Shown here piece by piece: positions 29,101 to 32,000 of a stretch of DNA of 32,000 nt. The stretch covers positions 1-32,000 of the forward strand of contig NZ_CP034549.1 of NCBI RefSeq assembly GCF_003966335.1, written 5' to 3'. Below the pieces are notes generated by a model, which did not search any database, had not been told where the DNA came from, and saw nothing but the letters and a program-made list of their open reading frames with translations. The position numbers and the translations under genes were made by a program. This DNA is from Nonlabens ponticola. GTDB lineage: Bacteria; Bacteroidota; Bacteroidia; Flavobacteriales; Flavobacteriaceae. The number at the start of each line of letters is the position of its first letter. Position 1 is the first letter of the stretch.

Positions 29101-32000
29101 TATGATACCATTAGGATCTGTGGCTTCTACGCTAGCTTGATTTATAAATGATAAATTATCAATATCTGATTGTTGAATAGTATAAAATGCTGAATACGAA
29201 GCATTGTCAGATTCTCCAGGAACTAGCACAGCAATCCCACTCCCATTGACAACTACTCCAGCAGTAAGATCTGAAACAGTGATACCTGTCAATGTAGTAT
29301 TTCCAGTGTTAGTTATTCTAAACGAGTATAGAATGCGATCACCAGCATCAATTACTCCATTACCATTGAAGTCTGATGCGACTCCTTGTTTGGAGAGTTG
29401 AATTTCGGAGTTGGGATCAAGAACTGTCGTCGTGGTATCATCCTCCAGGTTGCTGTCGTCATCAGATACGTCGCTCACATCGTCGCCGTCATCAGTCGTT
29501 CCCGTGGCAGTGGCCTGGTTGTTCACGAAGCCTCGGTCGATGTCTGCCTGCGTGAGCGTCAACGATCCCGTGATCGTTACACTAGTACCCGGTGCCAGAT
29601 CCGCGATTGGGCTGCCCGTGATGCTACCGTTGGGTGCCACCAGTAATGGGTCGCTCACCGTGATGTTGTTGAGCGCCGTGTCTCCGGTATTGGTTACCGT
29701 AAAGTCATAGTCGATCGTCTCGCCTACCTGGGCGAAACCATCTCTATTGGCGTCGTTGAACGTACCTTCCTTGATGATCGCGATGCTGTTGTCCTGTGGA
29801 AGTGGCGTCGTCGTCGTATCATCCTCCAGGTTGCTGTCGTCATCGGATACGTCGCTCACATCGTCGCCGTCATCAGTCGTTCCAGTGGCAGTGGCCTGGT
29901 TGTTCACGAAGCCTCGGTCGATGTCCGCCTGCGTGAGCGTCAACGATCCCGTGATCGTTACACTAGCGCCTGGTGCCAGATCCGCGATTGGGCTGCCCGT
30001 GATGCTACCGTTGGGTGCCACCAGTAATGGGTCGCTCACCGTGATGTTGTTGAGCGCCGTGTCTCCGGTATTGGTTACCGTAAAGTCATAGTCGATCGTC
30101 TCGCCTACCTGGGCAAAGCCATCTGCGTTGGCATCGTTGAACGTACCTTCCTTGATGATCGCGATGCTGTTGTCCTGTGGAAGTGGCGTCGTCGTCGTAT
30201 CATCCTCCAGGTTGCTGTCGTCATCAGATACGTCGCTCACATCGTCGCCGTCATCCGTCGTTCCAGTGGCAGTGGCCTGGTTGTTCACGAAGCCTCGGTC
30301 GATGTCTGCCTGCGTGAGCGTCAACGATCCCGTGATCGTTACACTAGCGCCTGGTGCCAGATCCGCGATTGGGCTGCCCGTGATGCTACCGTTGGGTGCC
30401 ACCAGTAATGGGTCGCTCACCGTGATGTTGTTGAGCGCCGTGTCTCCGGTATTGGTGACCGTAAAGTCGTAGTCGATCGTCTCGCCTACCTGGGCAAAGC
30501 CATCTGCGTTGGCATCGTTGAACGTACCTTCCTTGATGATCGCGATGCTGTTGTCCTGTGGAAGTGGCGTCGTCGTCGTATCATCCTCCAGGTTGCTGTC
30601 GTCATCAGATACGTCGCTCACATCGTCGCCGTCATCCGTCGTTCCCGTGGCAGTGGCCTGGTTGTTCACGAAGCCTCGGTCGATGTCTGCCTGCGTGAGC
30701 GTCAACGATCCCGTGATCGTTACACTAGTACCCGGTGCCAGATCCGCGATTGGGCTGCCCGTGATGCTACCGTTGGGTGCCACCAGTAATGGGTCGCTCA
30801 CCGTGATGTTGTTGAGTGCCGTGTCTCCGGTATTGGTGACCGTAAAGTCGTAGTCGATCGTCTCGCCTACCTGGGCAAAGCCATCTGCGTTGGCATCATT
30901 GAACGTACCTTCCTTGATGATCGCGATGCTGTTGTCCTGTGGAAGTGGCGTCGTCGTCGTATCATCCTCCAGGTTGCTGTCGTCATCGGATACGTCGCTC
31001 ACATCGTCGCCGTCATCAGTCGTTCCAGTGGCAGTGGCCTGGTTGTTCACGAAGCCTCGGTCGATGTCTGCCTGCGTGAGCGTCAACGATCCCGTGATCG
31101 TTACACTAGCGCCTGGTGCCAGATCCGCGATTGGGCTGCCCGTGATGCTACCGTTGGGTGCCACCAGTAATGGGTCGCTCACCGTGATGTTGTTGAGCGC
31201 CGTGTCTCCGGTATTGGTGACCGTAAAGTCGTAGTCGATCGTCTCGCCTACCTGGGCAAAGCCATCTGCGTTGGCATCGTTGAACGTACCTTCCTTGATG
31301 ATCGCGATGCTGTTGTCCTGTGGAAGTGGCGTCGTCGTCGTATCATCCTCCAGGTTGCTGTCGTCATCGGATACGTCGCTCACATCGTCGCCGTCATCAG
31401 TCGTTCCCGTGGCAGTGGCCTGGTTGTTCACGAAGCCTCGGTCGATGTCTGCCTGCGTGAGCGTCAACGATCCCGTGATCGTTACACTAGTACCCGGTGC
31501 CAGATCCGCGATTGGGCTGCCCGTGATGCTACCGTTGGGTGCCACCAGTAATGGGTCGCTCACCGTGATGTTGTTGAGCGCCGTGTCTCCGGTATTGGTT
31601 ACCGTAAAGTCATAGTCGATCGTCTCGCCTACCTGGGCGAAACCATCTCTATTGGCGTCGTTGAACGTACCTTCCTTGATGATCGCGATGCTGTTGTCCT
31701 GTGGAAGTGGCGTCGTCGTCGTATCATCCTCCAGGTTGCTGTCGTCATCGGATACGTCGCTCACATCGTCGCCGTCATCAGTCGTTCCAGTGGCAGTGGC
31801 CTGGTTGTTCACGAAGCCTCGGTCGATGTCCGCCTGCGTGAGCGTCAACGATCCCGTGATCGTTACACTAGTACCCGGTGCCAGATCCGCGATTGGGCTG
31901 CCCGTGATGCTACCGTTGGGTGCCACCAGTAATGGGTCGCTCACCGTGATGTTGTTGAGCGCCGTGTCTCCGGTATTGGTTACCGTAAAGTCATAGTCGA
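20107..32000 (-). CDS. giant cell-surface repeat adhesin with T9SS type-B (gliding motility-associated) C-terminal sorting domain; N-terminus beyond window
   Basis: The frame stays open from 20107 to the window edge. It holds about 24 DUF11/conserved-repeat-like modules (GETIxYxFxVTNTGxTxLxNIT...), then an Asp-rich DxDxDG calcium-binding-type region, then the C-terminal domain ...DFLVIENL...[13 protein letters not shown]...GTYYYVL.... Confidence 0.92.
   Translation of the reverse strand, partial: [3963 protein letters not shown]
20110..20430 (-). other. T9SS type-B C-terminal sorting domain (gliding motility-associated CTD)
   Basis: The last 107 aa read [105 protein letters not shown]. The NG(I/F)SPNGDGxND-like, IxNRWG and GTYYY motifs are typical of this domain. 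Confidence 0.85.
20650..22413 (-). repeat. Asp-rich thrombospondin-type-3-like calcium-binding repeat region, arranged as two diverged super-modules
   Basis: DxDxDGxxDxxD-type motifs recur many times. Two long segments are collinear: the first starts [19 protein letters not shown] at about 22413 and the second starts [19 protein letters not shown] at about 21407. Confidence 0.75.
22508..22890 (-). repeat. single diverged, AT-rich DUF11-like module C-terminal to the 408-bp array
   Basis: The module reads [43 protein letters not shown]...[11 protein letters not shown]. Confidence 0.7.
22891..28602 (-). repeat. in-frame tandem array, 14 x 408 bp (136 aa), near-identical
   Basis: The unit is [22 protein letters not shown](D/A)[68 protein letters not shown](D/E)[44 protein letters not shown]. 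Mirror ORFs on the + strand recur every 408 nt from 23114 to 28418. Confidence 0.95.
28603..29412 (-). repeat. two diverged, AT-rich DUF11-like modules separating the two arrays
   Basis: The modules read [51 protein letters not shown]... and [50 protein letters not shown].... Each ends in a GDGEPDDPT linker. Confidence 0.75.
29413..32000 (-). repeat. in-frame tandem array, at least 6.8 x 381 bp (127 aa), near-identical, continues past window end
   Basis: The unit is [16 protein letters not shown](A/R)[52 protein letters not shown](T/A)[57 protein letters not shown]. Mirror ORFs on the + strand recur every 381 nt from 29747 to 31652. Confidence 0.95.

Noticed and set aside
22721-31996. A regular series of + strand ORFs of 107 aa (every 408 nt) and 114 aa (every 381 nt), starting MAPSNRTSS... 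or MASLNVPSL...
   Set aside because: They are antisense shadows of the minus-strand adhesin repeats. The GC-rich repeat composition lacks stops on the opposite strand. The products are low-complexity Ser/Val/Pro/Leu strings with no recognisable domains, and their periodicity simply mirrors the coding repeats.
22891-32000. Possible CRISPR array, because of the many regularly spaced identical repeats
   Set aside because: The units are directly contiguous with no unique spacers. They are 381/408 bp long rather than about 24-48 bp. They lie in-frame inside one long ORF. No cas genes are present.
1-32000. Search for mobile-element hallmarks (integrase or transposase ORFs, tRNA-adjacent islands, inverted terminal repeats) that might explain the GC-rich arrays
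   Set aside because: No such ORFs or tRNA genes are visible. The GC-rich sequence is confined strictly to the in-frame repeat units, so a conventional genomic island is not supported.

Overview
This window is AT-rich (sampled stretches are about 32-43% GC) and looks like a Bacteroidota/Flavobacteriia chromosome, because it carries gldB/gldC gliding genes, PorP/SprF and a T9SS type-B C-terminal sorting domain. It has three parts. (1) nt 1-6383 is a housekeeping block: alpha/beta hydrolase, engB, a DUF3820 gene, gldC, gldB, nadE, an orphan LuxR-type response regulator and dnaG. Eight of these nine genes are broken by about 10 single-base indels, mostly in short homopolymers. No gene downstream of 6.4 kb is broken. 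(2) nt 6537-17054 is an envelope block: an ECF sigma factor, a single-pass anti-sigma-like protein and two paralogous outer-membrane beta-barrel proteins, followed by era, an MscS channel, an OmpA-like lipoprotein, a fasciclin lipoprotein and a 947-aa M16 peptidase lipoprotein. (3) nt 17157-32000 is a tightly packed minus-strand T9SS cargo operon. It encodes a giant (>3,960 codons in the window, N-terminus off the right edge) repeat adhesin with a type-B gliding C-terminal domain, then a PorP/SprF-like protein, then an OmpA/PD40 protein. The adhesin holds two nearly perfect in-frame tandem arrays: 14 x 408 bp and at least 6.8 x 381 bp. Both arrays are about 55-62% GC in sampled lines and end sharply against about 32-43% GC flanks inside the same ORF. 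A perfect palindrome (core GCTTTCGCGAAAGC) recurs four times, once inside the gldB signal-peptide coding sequence. I recognised no tRNA or rRNA gene, CRISPR array, transposase or integrase.
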